Part shown: positions 19,463 to 28,917 of the stretch, one piece after another
Layout of the letters: the number at the start of each line of letters is the position of its first letter
Position numbering within the stretch: the stretch's first letter is position 1
From: Candidatus Kapaibacterium sp.
GTDB lineage: Bacteria > Bacteroidota > Ignavibacteria > Kapaibacteriales > UBA2268
Direction of reading: 5' to 3'
Assembly (NCBI GenBank): GCA_963664875.1
Contig: OY761611.1
Span: forward strand, 3,552,001-3,616,000
Length of the DNA: 64,000 nucleotides
Program-made: the position numbers and the translations under genes
The notes under the pieces: generated by a model
What the model saw: the letters and a program-made list of their open reading frames with translations, nothing else
What the model was told of the DNA's origin: nothing
Databases searched by the model: none

Positions 19463-20182
19463 TTAGCCAATTTTTAACGGCTCTATTGTTTTTAATAAGT
19501 TTTCTCTGAAAGTTCTTCCAATAGGGAACTCTTCTCCGGCTGCTTTTAATACGTTGCCATCTATAGATTCTATTTTTGAAACAGGAACTATGTAGGACTT
19601 ATGTATTCTAATAAAACCAATCGGTTCTAAAACTTCTTCGATGTACTTCATGCTTTCATGCACAACATAATTCTCCTTGTCAGTGTAAAACACAACAAAG
19701 TCATTATGAGCAACAATCATATTAATATCATGCAGATTTACTTTTAAAGTTTTGCCGCCTGTAGTGATAAATATGAAATCAGAATGGAACTCTTCGTAAG
19801 GGTTACTTACTATGCCTTTCTGCTTAGAAATTATGTCGTAAGCTTTGTTGCAGGCAAGCAAAAAGCGAGAAAACGGCAATGGCTTCATAATATAATCTAT
19901 TGCACTATACTCGTAGCTTGTAATAGCATAATCTTCGTAAGCTGTAACAAAAATTACATTTTGCTGTTTTGGTAGCGATTTTAATAGCTCAATCCCATCA
20001 AGGTTTGGCATCTGTACATCTAAAAATATAAGATCTACTTTCTCATTTTTAAGATATGCCGCAGCTTCCAAAGGGTCATTGAATTTTGCTGCAAAATTGA
20101 TAAACTCAATTTTACTACAAAAATCCTCTAAGGTATCTAAAGATAGCTGCTCATCATCAATAGCAATAGTCTTTAATTTCAT
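19463..20182 (-). CDS. LytTR family response regulator
   Basis: REC domain (IDDE, FLDVQMP, DYIMKP) plus LytTR domain (FIRIHKSYIV, PIGRTF). Confidence 0.95.
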   Translation of the reverse strand: MKLKTIAIDDEQLSLDTLEDFCSKIEFINFAAKFNDPLEAAAYLKNEKVDLIFLDVQMPNLDGIELLKSLPKQQNVIFVTAYEDYAITSYEYSAIDYIMKPLPFSRFLLACNKAYDIISKQKGIVSNPYEEFHSDFIFITTGGKTLKVNLHDINMIVAHNDFVVFYTDKENYVVHESMKYIEEVLEPIGFIRIHKSYIVPVSKIESIDGNVLKAAGEEFPIGRTFRENLLKTIEPLKIG

Positions 20183-20534
20183 CCCAAAATCCTTCGTGTG
20201 TATGTTAATTATAACAGAAACCCATTAGTATTAAATATAATTCCGAAAGAACTTAATAAATATTTTGTTAATATGCAAAACTATTTTCCTTTCTGCTACT
20301 AATATAAAAAGAAATATGTCGTTCACCTATAAAAAAATGCAGTTAACATGATTTATTATGCAACTTAACGTGGATTTTGCAAAATATTTGCTTTTAAAAG
20401 TCTTTGGTAAAATATGAGTAATAATTATTATTATAATTTGAGATACAAACATATTTACTGAACTACATGCGATTTTATAACCATAATAAACAAGTTATTA
20501 TGTGGTAAATGAAGGTGAGTCAAACTAAGCTTTG

Positions 20535-21962
20535 CTAACCCAAATGGTCAGACTCTTTGAAACGATTAGCATCTTCTTGTATGTTATTTTGATTAAACTG
20601 AGCAAAAGGCACTTTGATATAGGCTGAGGTGCCTTGTTTTTCTTGAGAGTCTAATCTGACAGTTGCTCCAAGCATATCGGCACATCTTTTAATAATAGCT
20701 AACCCCAAGCCCATTCCCATAATCATAGGATCTGAACTAAAGTGATAATAAATATCGAAAATATTTTCAAGTTGCTCCGAAGGAATTCCATATCCTGTGT
20801 CAATGACATAAATCTCTGCTTCGTTTTTTGAAAGAAAGCAACTGATATTGACTTCTGTATCTCTGCGTGAAAACTTAGCAGCATTGCTTGCAAAATTTAA
20901 TAGTATCTTTTTTAACAAGATTCTGTCTGACTGTATGATATCTTTCTCAGCATCTATATTTATTCGGAATATTCTGTTTAGAGATTCAATCCTATTAATC
21001 TCATCCGCCACTTCCTGCAATAAATCCTGCAAAGAAAATGCACTGATTTCCGGTAGTATCTTTCCGGAATCATATTTGATGATGAATTGTGCTCTCTCAA
21101 TATTGTATGAAATATTTTCGGTAGATCTTAAAAGCAAATCTTTTTCTTTACTGATATCCAGGCCTACAGTTTTTGCCTTGTATTCAAGTATGTGGATATT
21201 ATTTTGAATAGTTGCCAAAGGTGTCCTGAAAACGTGGGCTATTACATTAGTAAATCTTCCTTTCGCATCGTTAAGTATTTTTTCTCTCTGGAATGCTTTT
21301 TTTACTTTCTGTTTTTCCGCTTCGAGTCTTTTTTTAGTCAGGAAATCTATGCGTTTATAGTATTCTAATGTATAGCGACCTGCCATGAGAGTAAAGCCAA
21401 GAGAAGAAAATAAAATAGCCTGCTTAGCAAAATATTCTGCAGGTACTGACACCTTTTGCGATAAGACAGCAAAGTAGATAATCGAAATAATCAAAAAATT
21501 GAGAAGGGTCATCAAAAATCGGGTATCTACAAGTATAAACGAAAAAATGAGTGTCAAAACTAAACCATAAGTATAGCTGTCCGCTATGGCAAACGAGGTC
21601 CTATGGACGATAAATGATATACCCGAAGCACAAAGCAACACTACAGCAGAGGCAAACCATGAATAATTCTTTCTCCCGAAAGCACTTGTTGAAAAAATCC
21701 AAATCAGTAGCATAAGGGGAGTAAATACCCCCAAACGCGCTATCAAGATTTCTTCTAAATAATAGGGTTGTAAGCTATAGTCATAAAAAGCAAACGAAGC
21801 AAAAAACAATATTCCAATAATTAGTATCACTCTTTGCGATAAATAGTGTCGTTCCTCATTAAACTGTCGATACTCGGCTTCTAAATCATTTTCTCTAAAT
21901 AGCAGACGAAAATAATCTAATAAGGGTTCGTTTACTTTGTTGAATTTTAGCATATCATTCAA
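20535..21962 (-). CDS. Multi-TM sensor histidine kinase
   Basis: About 6 TM helices; AHVFRTPL, NFASNAAKFS, DTGYGI, GMGLGLAI. Confidence 0.88.
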   Translation of the reverse strand: MNDMLKFNKVNEPLLDYFRLLFRENDLEAEYRQFNEERHYLSQRVILIIGILFFASFAFYDYSLQPYYLEEILIARLGVFTPLMLLIWIFSTSAFGRKNYSWFASAVVLLCASGISFIVHRTSFAIADSYTYGLVLTLIFSFILVDTRFLMTLLNFLIISIIYFAVLSQKVSVPAEYFAKQAILFSSLGFTLMAGRYTLEYYKRIDFLTKKRLEAEKQKVKKAFQREKILNDAKGRFTNVIAHVFRTPLATIQNNIHILEYKAKTVGLDISKEKDLLLRSTENISYNIERAQFIIKYDSGKILPEISAFSLQDLLQEVADEINRIESLNRIFRINIDAEKDIIQSDRILLKKILLNFASNAAKFSRRDTEVNISCFLSKNEAEIYVIDTGYGIPSEQLENIFDIYYHFSSDPMIMGMGLGLAIIKRCADMLGATVRLDSQEKQGTSAYIKVPFAQFNQNNIQEDANRFKESDHLG

Positions 21963-23223
21963 ATTTTGGTAGTGTGAAATAAAACTCTGAACCTTTGCCT
22001 TCTTCTGAGTTTACTCCTATGATGCCACCATGCAAAGAGACAAACTCCTGACATAATATCAAGCCAAGCCCCGTACCTTTTTCATTATTTGTGCCCACAG
22101 AAGTTATGTGTTCGTCTATTTTGAATAGTTTGTTCTTTGTCGCTTCGTCCATACCCACACCATTATCAATGATTTTAAATCTGATAAAATCATTCTCATC
22201 TTCGGAGCTTACAATTATCAGACCTCCCTCAGGAGTAAACTTTATAGCATTTGAGACTATATTCCTGACTAAAGTAGAATACATCATGTAATCAGCTTTT
22301 ATCTCAATATTAGAATCAATATCATTTCTCAATGTAATATTTTTATTGGCTGCTTGTGCTGCGAGTAACTGAATAGTTTCTTCTGCTAATTCCATTGCAG
22401 GAATTTGCATTGGTGTGTATTTTATCGCTTTTCTTTGAACCCTAGACCATTCCAGAAGATTTTCGAGCAGGTCATAGACGTGTTTCGAGTTATTAAGTAA
22501 AAGCCCAAGTATTTCATGTTTTTCATCGTCGTCCATTGTGTATCTTTCGTCTTGAATCATTTGTAGCAAACCGCTCAGACTTGCCAATGGACTTTTCAAA
22601 TCGTGTGCAATAATAGAAAAAAACTTGTCTTTTTCCTTATTTGATTTTTCCAGTTCTTCGTTAGCTATTTTTATTTGCTCTTGCGACTCTGCTAATTCAC
22701 CGAGTACTTTATTCATTTGGAAAGCATTTTCTTCTACGCTTTTTTGTGCTTCGTAGAGATCACTGGTGTATCTGATAAGCTCGTCGCTCATTTCCTGCAA
22801 TTCTTCTTTCTGCATACTGATATACTGATTTGCTAAGGAGAGATTGAGCAGGTTTTTGATGCGTACATTTAACTCTCTGATGCTGAATGGCTTAGTTATA
22901 TAATCAGATGCTCCCAACTCAAGCCCGTGAATTACATTTTCGACATCGCTTTTGGCTGTTAGAAATATAATTGGGATACTCTTTGTTTCTTCGTGCGACT
23001 GCAAAATGCTACAAACTTCAAATCCATCCATATCAGGCATCATTACATCAAGCAAAATCAAATCCGGAAGAATTTTTTCCATGATTTTGAAAGCTTTTTC
23101 TCCGCTGTTGGCTATCAGCAATTTATATTTTTCCTTTAGCACATTGGCTAAAAGCTGTATGTTCTGAGGCTGATCATCTACAATCAAAATTGTAGGTTTA
23201 TCGTGATATTCTAATTCTATCAT
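21955..23223 (-). CDS. Hybrid REC-histidine kinase
   Basis: N-terminal REC (LLDVMMP), coiled coil, AHDLKSPL, NAIKFT, GTGLGL. Confidence 0.93.
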   Translation of the reverse strand: MIELEYHDKPTILIVDDQPQNIQLLANVLKEKYKLLIANSGEKAFKIMEKILPDLILLDVMMPDMDGFEVCSILQSHEETKSIPIIFLTAKSDVENVIHGLELGASDYITKPFSIRELNVRIKNLLNLSLANQYISMQKEELQEMSDELIRYTSDLYEAQKSVEENAFQMNKVLGELAESQEQIKIANEELEKSNKEKDKFFSIIAHDLKSPLASLSGLLQMIQDERYTMDDDEKHEILGLLLNNSKHVYDLLENLLEWSRVQRKAIKYTPMQIPAMELAEETIQLLAAQAANKNITLRNDIDSNIEIKADYMMYSTLVRNIVSNAIKFTPEGGLIIVSSEDENDFIRFKIIDNGVGMDEATKNKLFKIDEHITSVGTNNEKGTGLGLILCQEFVSLHGGIIGVNSEEGKGSEFYFTLPKFE

Positions 23224-23397
23224 CCCAATAGCTGCACTTATTGTTAGAATTCGACTGATAGTTATTACTAATCATATAATATAAAGACTTGCTAATGGCT
23301 TAATTATTTATTAGGATTGAGAAATAATATAATAAAAAAAAGGATACAGATTTTACACCTGTATCCTCACTAAATCATAGAGTAGTATAGATTAGAT

Positions 23398-24546
23398 TTA
23401 TTTGAAAATATAATTGAATTCAAGCTCTAATCTGTTTCGGGTGAGTTGATTTACATCTCCCTTATCGTTTATTTGATATCTGATACGCGGCGTAATATCG
23501 AAGCTACCCATGTCAGATGAATAGACTATCCATGTATATCCAGCCCAGATATATGTAAATTTATTATCAACTTCACTTCCATCGATGAGCTTATCAGTTC
23601 TGTTAGCATAATCTAACCAGGCTACTATCTTGCCGGGACCTACTTTTTTAGTAGTTTTCAGTCTCATAAATGTGGCTTGGTACTCAGTCGGAGTGTAGCC
23701 ATATTGTTGAGTTGCCGAAAGCTCTTTGGATTCTACGGATTGTTTGGAATAACCTCCGAACAAATCAAGAGTAAAGCCGGCAAGGTCTTTATGTCCAACG
23801 CTAAGTCCAAAAGTAGCTGGAGCAACTAATGAGTCATCTGCCAAAGTGTAAAGACCTTCGATACCAAAATATAATTTGTCGATATTGTGTTTGTAGCCCA
23901 AAGAAAAAGAATATTGATCGGTAAGATTTCTTTTTTCGTTGCCGTCTGCATATTTTTCTAAAATTCCTTTGTTATCGTCAACCATCACGGCAAGATTGAA
24001 CTGTCCGTCTCCAACTTTCAAGTAAGCATTACCACCATAGTATCCATCTGTATTGAAAATATAATATGGAATATCTACCATTTGTTTTGGATAAAAGTGC
24101 AAATCATAAATTGGATTACCCACCGCTCCGGCACGGTTTAAGCCAACGAGAAACCCGGAATAATTACCCTGAAAGCCAAAATTTAGTTCCATAAAGTCAA
24201 CAGATGATCTTTTAGCAGCGTCGTTCCCGGTCTGGTTAGGCGATAAATTACCCAAGACATCAGGATAGTCACCTTGAGAAAAATTTCCATTGTATTCGCC
24301 GATACCGTTATGACCGAACATTGTATTCATAATCCAGCCATTGCCGATGCTAATCTGTGCTTTAAGCCTGGCTCTGTACATATAGTAGAAATCTTGTGTT
24401 TTGGTTCCGTCGGGCTTGTCTGTTGCGTCTCTGGTATCCCAGCGAGGTCGAACTCTTGCATCTCCGCTGATTTTAATATCAGCTGCGAAAGACGGCAAAG
24501 CCATCGCTGCCAATACGATAAGTAAAAGAATTTTTTTCATACCCAT
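23398..24546 (-). CDS. Outer-membrane porin-like beta-barrel protein
   Basis: Signal peptide, mature N-terminus DIKISGDARVR, C-terminal LEFNYIFK. Confidence 0.7.
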   Translation of the reverse strand: MGMKKILLLIVLAAMALPSFAADIKISGDARVRPRWDTRDATDKPDGTKTQDFYYMYRARLKAQISIGNGWIMNTMFGHNGIGEYNGNFSQGDYPDVLGNLSPNQTGNDAAKRSSVDFMELNFGFQGNYSGFLVGLNRAGAVGNPIYDLHFYPKQMVDIPYYIFNTDGYYGGNAYLKVGDGQFNLAVMVDDNKGILEKYADGNEKRNLTDQYSFSLGYKHNIDKLYFGIEGLYTLADDSLVAPATFGLSVGHKDLAGFTLDLFGGYSKQSVESKELSATQQYGYTPTEYQATFMRLKTTKKVGPGKIVAWLDYANRTDKLIDGSEVDNKFTYIWAGYTWIVYSSDMGSFDITPRIRYQINDKGDVNQLTRNRLELEFNYIFK

Positions 24547-24731
24547 TTCTCCATTACTCTAATAAAACATATTACTTGTTAATACTTCTCTTTTATTTAT
24601 AGACTTAGAATATGCACATATATTTCTGATGCAGTATGCTCTGTATATTAGCCGATATATTGTGGCTTTTAGAGATACTGCGTCTTGTAAGCCAAACAAA
24701 AAGCAAGCCAAAAATGAAGAAGGGTTCGATT

Positions 24732-25262
24732 ATGTTCAAAAATGAGATTACTGCACTTAAAAACAGCTACAAAGGGGAGCAATATGATATTGCTTTTACA
24801 CTGTTAGAAGAAGCCTATTCTGCTTATGCAAAAGGTAACTTTGGGATTGCATCTTTGATATTTAAAAATGACAACATCATAGCTTATGGCCAAAACAGAA
24901 TGGTCTTTCCTACTTTTGCAAGCGGAATGCATGCAGAAATGGATGCTATCAATACTTTAGAAAACGACTATTCGAAGCTTGAAAATCTATCAGGGATTAC
25001 TCTTTATAGCTCTTTGGAGCCATGTCCTATGTGTCTGACTAGAATTATCAACAGCGGTATTGCAAACGTTTATTATTTAGCGACGGATAAATTAGGGGGA
25101 GGAGTGAGCTATTTAGATGCAATGCCTCCGATATGGAAAGAGCTTTCTGCTAAGGTGAAATTCCGAAAAATGCAATTGCCGGCAGAGTTTGAGAATTTAG
25201 CTGTCAAGTTAGCCTTTGCAAATGCAGAGAAGATACACCAAATAATCATAAGCAGACAGTAA
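24732..25262 (+). CDS. Zn-dependent nucleoside/nucleotide deaminase (TadA/guanine-deaminase fold)
   Basis: HAE and SLEPCPMC motifs; start 24732 chosen, ORF open from 24636. Confidence 0.88.
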   Translation: MFKNEITALKNSYKGEQYDIAFTLLEEAYSAYAKGNFGIASLIFKNDNIIAYGQNRMVFPTFASGMHAEMDAINTLENDYSKLENLSGITLYSSLEPCPMCLTRIINSGIANVYYLATDKLGGGVSYLDAMPPIWKELSAKVKFRKMQLPAEFENLAVKLAFANAEKIHQIIISRQ

Positions 25263-25688
25263 CTATCTGCCGAGAATATGTATAACGTGTTTCACTACTC
25301 CCTGAATTGCAAAATCATAAAAGCTCATAATTTCAAGGGGTAAGAATTTTTTATTGGCTGAGAATAAATATACTTTCCCGTCAATTACTTTGTAAGTCTT
25401 TACCAAAAGTTCGCCATTGACAGAGGCAATGACTACTTTCCCGGATTTTGGTAACTCAGTCGAATCGACCACAAGTATATCTCCGTCGAATATATTTTCG
25501 TCAATCATGCTCTCGCCATTCACTTTGACAAGGTACATACCCTCAGGTTTGGTTTTCAAAAGTTCGTTCAGATTGTACATCTTTTGACTGTTGGTATGAG
25601 TCAGTTTGCCAATCGGTACAGAAGCATTAAACAAAGGAGCTTCGTAATCTACTTTGCTTCGGACCGTACTTATCTTCTTAGCCTTCAT
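25263..25688 (-). CDS. UmuD-like S24 peptidase, catalytic dyad intact (S60/K97), cleavage site degenerate (VPIG)
   Basis: PLF..V, NLNELL, VNGESM, GDILVVD, GELLVK, GVV. Confidence 0.88.
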   Translation of the reverse strand: MKAKKISTVRSKVDYEAPLFNASVPIGKLTHTNSQKMYNLNELLKTKPEGMYLVKVNGESMIDENIFDGDILVVDSTELPKSGKVVIASVNGELLVKTYKVIDGKVYLFSANKKFLPLEIMSFYDFAIQGVVKHVIHILGR

Positions 25689-25703
25689 TACGCTCGCATC
25701 AGA

Positions 25704-26132
25704 TTATAAAGAGTGAATAATAGCAGTAATGACTCCAACCGGTTTGTAGCTAAGCTCTCCGATGTTAAGAGGTAAATATTGTCTGTCGTGTGATTCGAGA
25801 TACTCTTCGCCTTCTATTAGGCGGTAATTTTTGACTGTAAAGTTGCCGGACAAATCTACAAGTATCAATTTGCCATCTTCCGGTTCTAAAGCAGTGTCAA
25901 CGATGAGAATATCCTGGTCGCTTATGCCGTATGGTTCTAATTCCTTGCCGTTTATTCGAGCAAAGATAGTAGCTGCAGGGTGAGCTATCAGCAGTTCGTT
26001 CAAATCGATTTCTTTCTCAACTGTGCTGTCTGCCGGAGTAGGCAAACCAGCCGAGACACTCATCTGAAATAGAGGTATCTTTACTTCGGTCTCAGCTTGT
26101 GCTTCGAAACCGATTATTTCGATTGTAGTCAT
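25704..26132 (-). CDS. UmuD-like S24 protein, Ala-Gly site intact, catalytic Ser replaced by Glu
   Basis: PLFQMSVSAGLPTPA, IDLNELLIAHPAAT, INGKEL in place of SGDSM, FTVK. Confidence 0.88.
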   Translation of the reverse strand: MTTIEIIGFEAQAETEVKIPLFQMSVSAGLPTPADSTVEKEIDLNELLIAHPAATIFARINGKELEPYGISDQDILIVDTALEPEDGKLILVDLSGNFTVKNYRLIEGEEYLESHDRQYLPLNIGELSYKPVGVITAIIHSL

Positions 26133-26278
26133 TTCTTACTTCCAAATGTTTGTTTATGCTGCAAGAAAGGTCAAAACTTCTTTTTTCCCCCGAAGTTTTG
26201 CATTTATACAATTAAAATAATTTACCTCTAAAATCAAAATGAAATTTTATTAGCAGATAAAAAAAGATGTGTAGCTAA

Positions 26279-26869
26279 CTATCTTAGATCAATAATCTCT
26301 ACTTTGTCATCTGTTTTGATTTCAAAATCTGATTTGTCTTTGGGATTAGTATCTATTTTTTTGACTACAAGATGATTATCCTGCATTTCGTCTTTGATTT
26401 CTATTTCTTTTAAAACGTAATCGCCTGAAAATCCGAGTTTATATTTGCCGCCGCTTTCTTTGTCCTCAAGTTCCAATATATATTCAGAAATATATTTTGT
26501 GCCTGTAGATTTAATTAGTTTTACAGGTTTCATCTTTGCAAGCATTTTGAAAAAGAAAGTGTCCATTGATTCCAAATTTTCTTCGTAATCAGAAATTATA
26601 CATGTCTTGTCTTTTACGGAATAATTCCAGACATATTTGTAGTCAGAGCTTATGATTCTGTCAGGCAAATCAAGTCGATACCCTTTCCCTTTGCTGATAA
26701 AGACTTTCATGAAGGGCTTGGCTTCATTTGGCATGGCAAGTTCCAACAGCATCTTGTCTGTTTTAGTGTATTTCTCTTTGAGTTTTGCGAAAGCTGTGTT
26801 CATGTCCAAGGCATAGACAAATACCGGCACTATCAAAAGAAACAATAAACTTAAAATTTGCTTTTTCAT
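26279..26869 (-). CDS. lolA: Outer-membrane lipoprotein carrier LolA-like protein
   Basis: Signal peptide; ISSDYKYVWNYS; C-terminal VEIIDLR typical of FCB LolA. Confidence 0.7.
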   Translation of the reverse strand: MKKQILSLLFLLIVPVFVYALDMNTAFAKLKEKYTKTDKMLLELAMPNEAKPFMKVFISKGKGYRLDLPDRIISSDYKYVWNYSVKDKTCIISDYEENLESMDTFFFKMLAKMKPVKLIKSTGTKYISEYILELEDKESGGKYKLGFSGDYVLKEIEIKDEMQDNHLVVKKIDTNPKDKSDFEIKTDDKVEIIDLR

Positions 26870-26873
26870 GTGT

Positions 26874-27689
26874 TTAATCCTCAATTTTTGCATCTAATGG
26901 TCCGCGAAGTCCTTTGTAAGAAGTCAACTCTGCACCCACAAAACCGATGATTATTTTAGTAGCTACTTTTACAGGTATTTTTCTGTCGTCATCGCTCAGC
27001 CAAACCAGAATTTTTCCTTCAGATTTGAAGAGTCCGCCCTCGACTACCATTGGTTCTACTACGAGTGTTTTGAACTTTCCGGCTTCGACCTCTATTGTCT
27101 GTTTTCCGTGGTATTTGACACCGAGAGTGTAAGTAGAGTCTTTGTAGAAGTTTTTCAATTCGATTATAGAATCTTTTTTGATTTTGTCAAAATTCAAAGT
27201 TCTTACATAATATAGAGCGGATACTATATCGTGGACATATTCCGGCACATCGTGTTTAGTTGTGTCTTGTATAATTGCTTTATTATTGACCTGGTCGAAA
27301 ACGCATTCGAAATCGGTTTTATAACCTCCTTCTCTAATGTGCTGTTCAAACTTGTAAGGGAATATGCCTGCCACATCAACTACAGTTCTGTATTTATCCT
27401 GCACTTTGTATATCCATTCGAGTTCTTTCAATGATCTAACTTCAAAGCGGATATCGTATGCGTCTCTACCGTTTACTTTCACAGGTTTTGGCAAAATTTT
27501 GAAGTAACCGGTGCCTGCTGTGATGAATTTGTAGCCCACTTTATAATTAAGTGTTTCGCCAAAGCCGAAGGCTTCCTGCGGGATATAGCGGAATTGATTC
27601 GATTTAGTAGAAGTACTGTCCTTTTTGTTACCGGCAAATAGCGGCAAAGCACAAGTAAACAAAAGTAAAATAATAAGTATATTTTTCAT
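26874..27689 (-). CDS. DUF3108 domain exported protein
   Basis: FGFGETLNYKVGY, HDIVSALYYVR, VWLSDDDRKIPVK. Confidence 0.85.
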   Translation of the reverse strand: MKNILIILLLFTCALPLFAGNKKDSTSTKSNQFRYIPQEAFGFGETLNYKVGYKFITAGTGYFKILPKPVKVNGRDAYDIRFEVRSLKELEWIYKVQDKYRTVVDVAGIFPYKFEQHIREGGYKTDFECVFDQVNNKAIIQDTTKHDVPEYVHDIVSALYYVRTLNFDKIKKDSIIELKNFYKDSTYTLGVKYHGKQTIEVEAGKFKTLVVEPMVVEGGLFKSEGKILVWLSDDDRKIPVKVATKIIIGFVGAELTSYKGLRGPLDAKIED

Positions 27690-27767
27690 ATTCAGAGCCA
27701 AAAAATGTATTATCCTTTTTAACAATAATACCAAAAAAAGCCCTTTTTGTTTCAAACTATTTTCTTA

Positions 27768-28913
27768 TCAGCCTTCATCTACCATAACAAGGACAGGCTC
27801 TTTAATGCCTCTTACTTTAGATGTGCTGATTAGTCGCATAAGAAGTACATCAGTAACTTCCTGACCTTTGTTCACTAATTTATTTTCTTTCAAATCTTTA
27901 ATATCATCAGCAAGTATCATACCTATGCGAAGTTGCTTGAAAGGCATTGAACGCACGATGTAGCGTCCTCTACCGCCAAGTAGTTCTTCTTTGAGTGCTG
28001 CCAGTACAGAGTTATCATAACTACCAACTTTGTTGATGAGTTCTACAAGTATAGCCTGATCTGTTTTGCCTTTTTTTGACAAATCCATATACTCATTAAC
28101 CACTTTAAGGATACGGGCAATCATTGGTATGTCAATTATGTGTCCGTCTTCAGTTTTGCTTCCGTGCAGTTTAAAATCCATAAACTGGTATCTGATAGCT
28201 TCGGCTACCTCTTCGAGTCTCGGGATATTTGCTAGAAGTTTGGCACCAAAATCTGCCTGAGAGTTAAAGATTCTATTCTCTTCTTTTGAAAGATTGTATC
28301 CATAATATTTTTTTTCAACGATGTCCTGAGGCAAAGTAACTGCTCCAATATGCGAAAGTAAGGCAGCAATTTCTACTTCCCAAGTATTTTTCATATTCAA
28401 TCTTTCGGCTATTCTTCTCGCCAGTTTGTGTATGCCGGACGAATGAGCAAAACCGTCGGGATTGACAGCAGAAAGCATATCTATCAGAATCTTTATGCTA
28501 CCTTTAAGCGTTTGATTGAGTAACTGTTTCTCGGAAGTAATTAACCTGTAAAGCTCTGTTGCGTCTGTCAAAGTAGAAATAACATCTCCTGTTGGTACCG
28601 GTTTTGTAAGGAATCTGTAAATATTTCCTTTATTCACAGCAGCAATAGCTGTTTCGAGGTCAGCAAATCCGGTAATAATTATCCTAACAGAATCGGGCGA
28701 TAGCTTTTTTACCAAAGTGAGAAACTCTATGCCGTCCATGCCCGGCATTCTGTAATCTGAAACAATGCAGGCAAAAGGAGGATTTTCCTTCATTATTTCA
28801 ATTGCAGCATTTGCATTGTCAGCAGTTTTTACCAAAAAATGTTTTCTCAGATTTCTTCTGAAAGCTGACAAAATATCCAAATCATCATCTACAAAAAGCA
28901 CACGTCTATTCAT
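27768..28913 (-). CDS. Response regulator with degenerate HD-GYP-like output domain
   Basis: REC domain (VSDYRMPG, FLTKP); AALLSHIG in place of LHDIG; IPMIARILKV. Confidence 0.85.
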   Translation of the reverse strand: MNRRVLFVDDDLDILSAFRRNLRKHFLVKTADNANAAIEIMKENPPFACIVSDYRMPGMDGIEFLTLVKKLSPDSVRIIITGFADLETAIAAVNKGNIYRFLTKPVPTGDVISTLTDATELYRLITSEKQLLNQTLKGSIKILIDMLSAVNPDGFAHSSGIHKLARRIAERLNMKNTWEVEIAALLSHIGAVTLPQDIVEKKYYGYNLSKEENRIFNSQADFGAKLLANIPRLEEVAEAIRYQFMDFKLHGSKTEDGHIIDIPMIARILKVVNEYMDLSKKGKTDQAILVELINKVGSYDNSVLAALKEELLGGRGRYIVRSMPFKQLRIGMILADDIKDLKENKLVNKGQEVTDVLLMRLISTSKVRGIKEPVLVMVDEG

Positions 28914-28917
28914 ATTA

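Noticed and set aside
19245-25262. Possible genomic island integrated at tRNA-Leu
   Set aside because: No integrase and no duplicated tRNA 3' end found in the window.
26133-26190. Possible SOS box upstream of the UmuD-like pair (TAAACAAACATTTG on the minus strand; CAAAACTTC/GAAGTTTTG inverted repeat)
   Set aside because: Poor match to GAAC-N4-GTTC or CTGT-N8-ACAG; the inverted repeat could simply end the lolA transcript.
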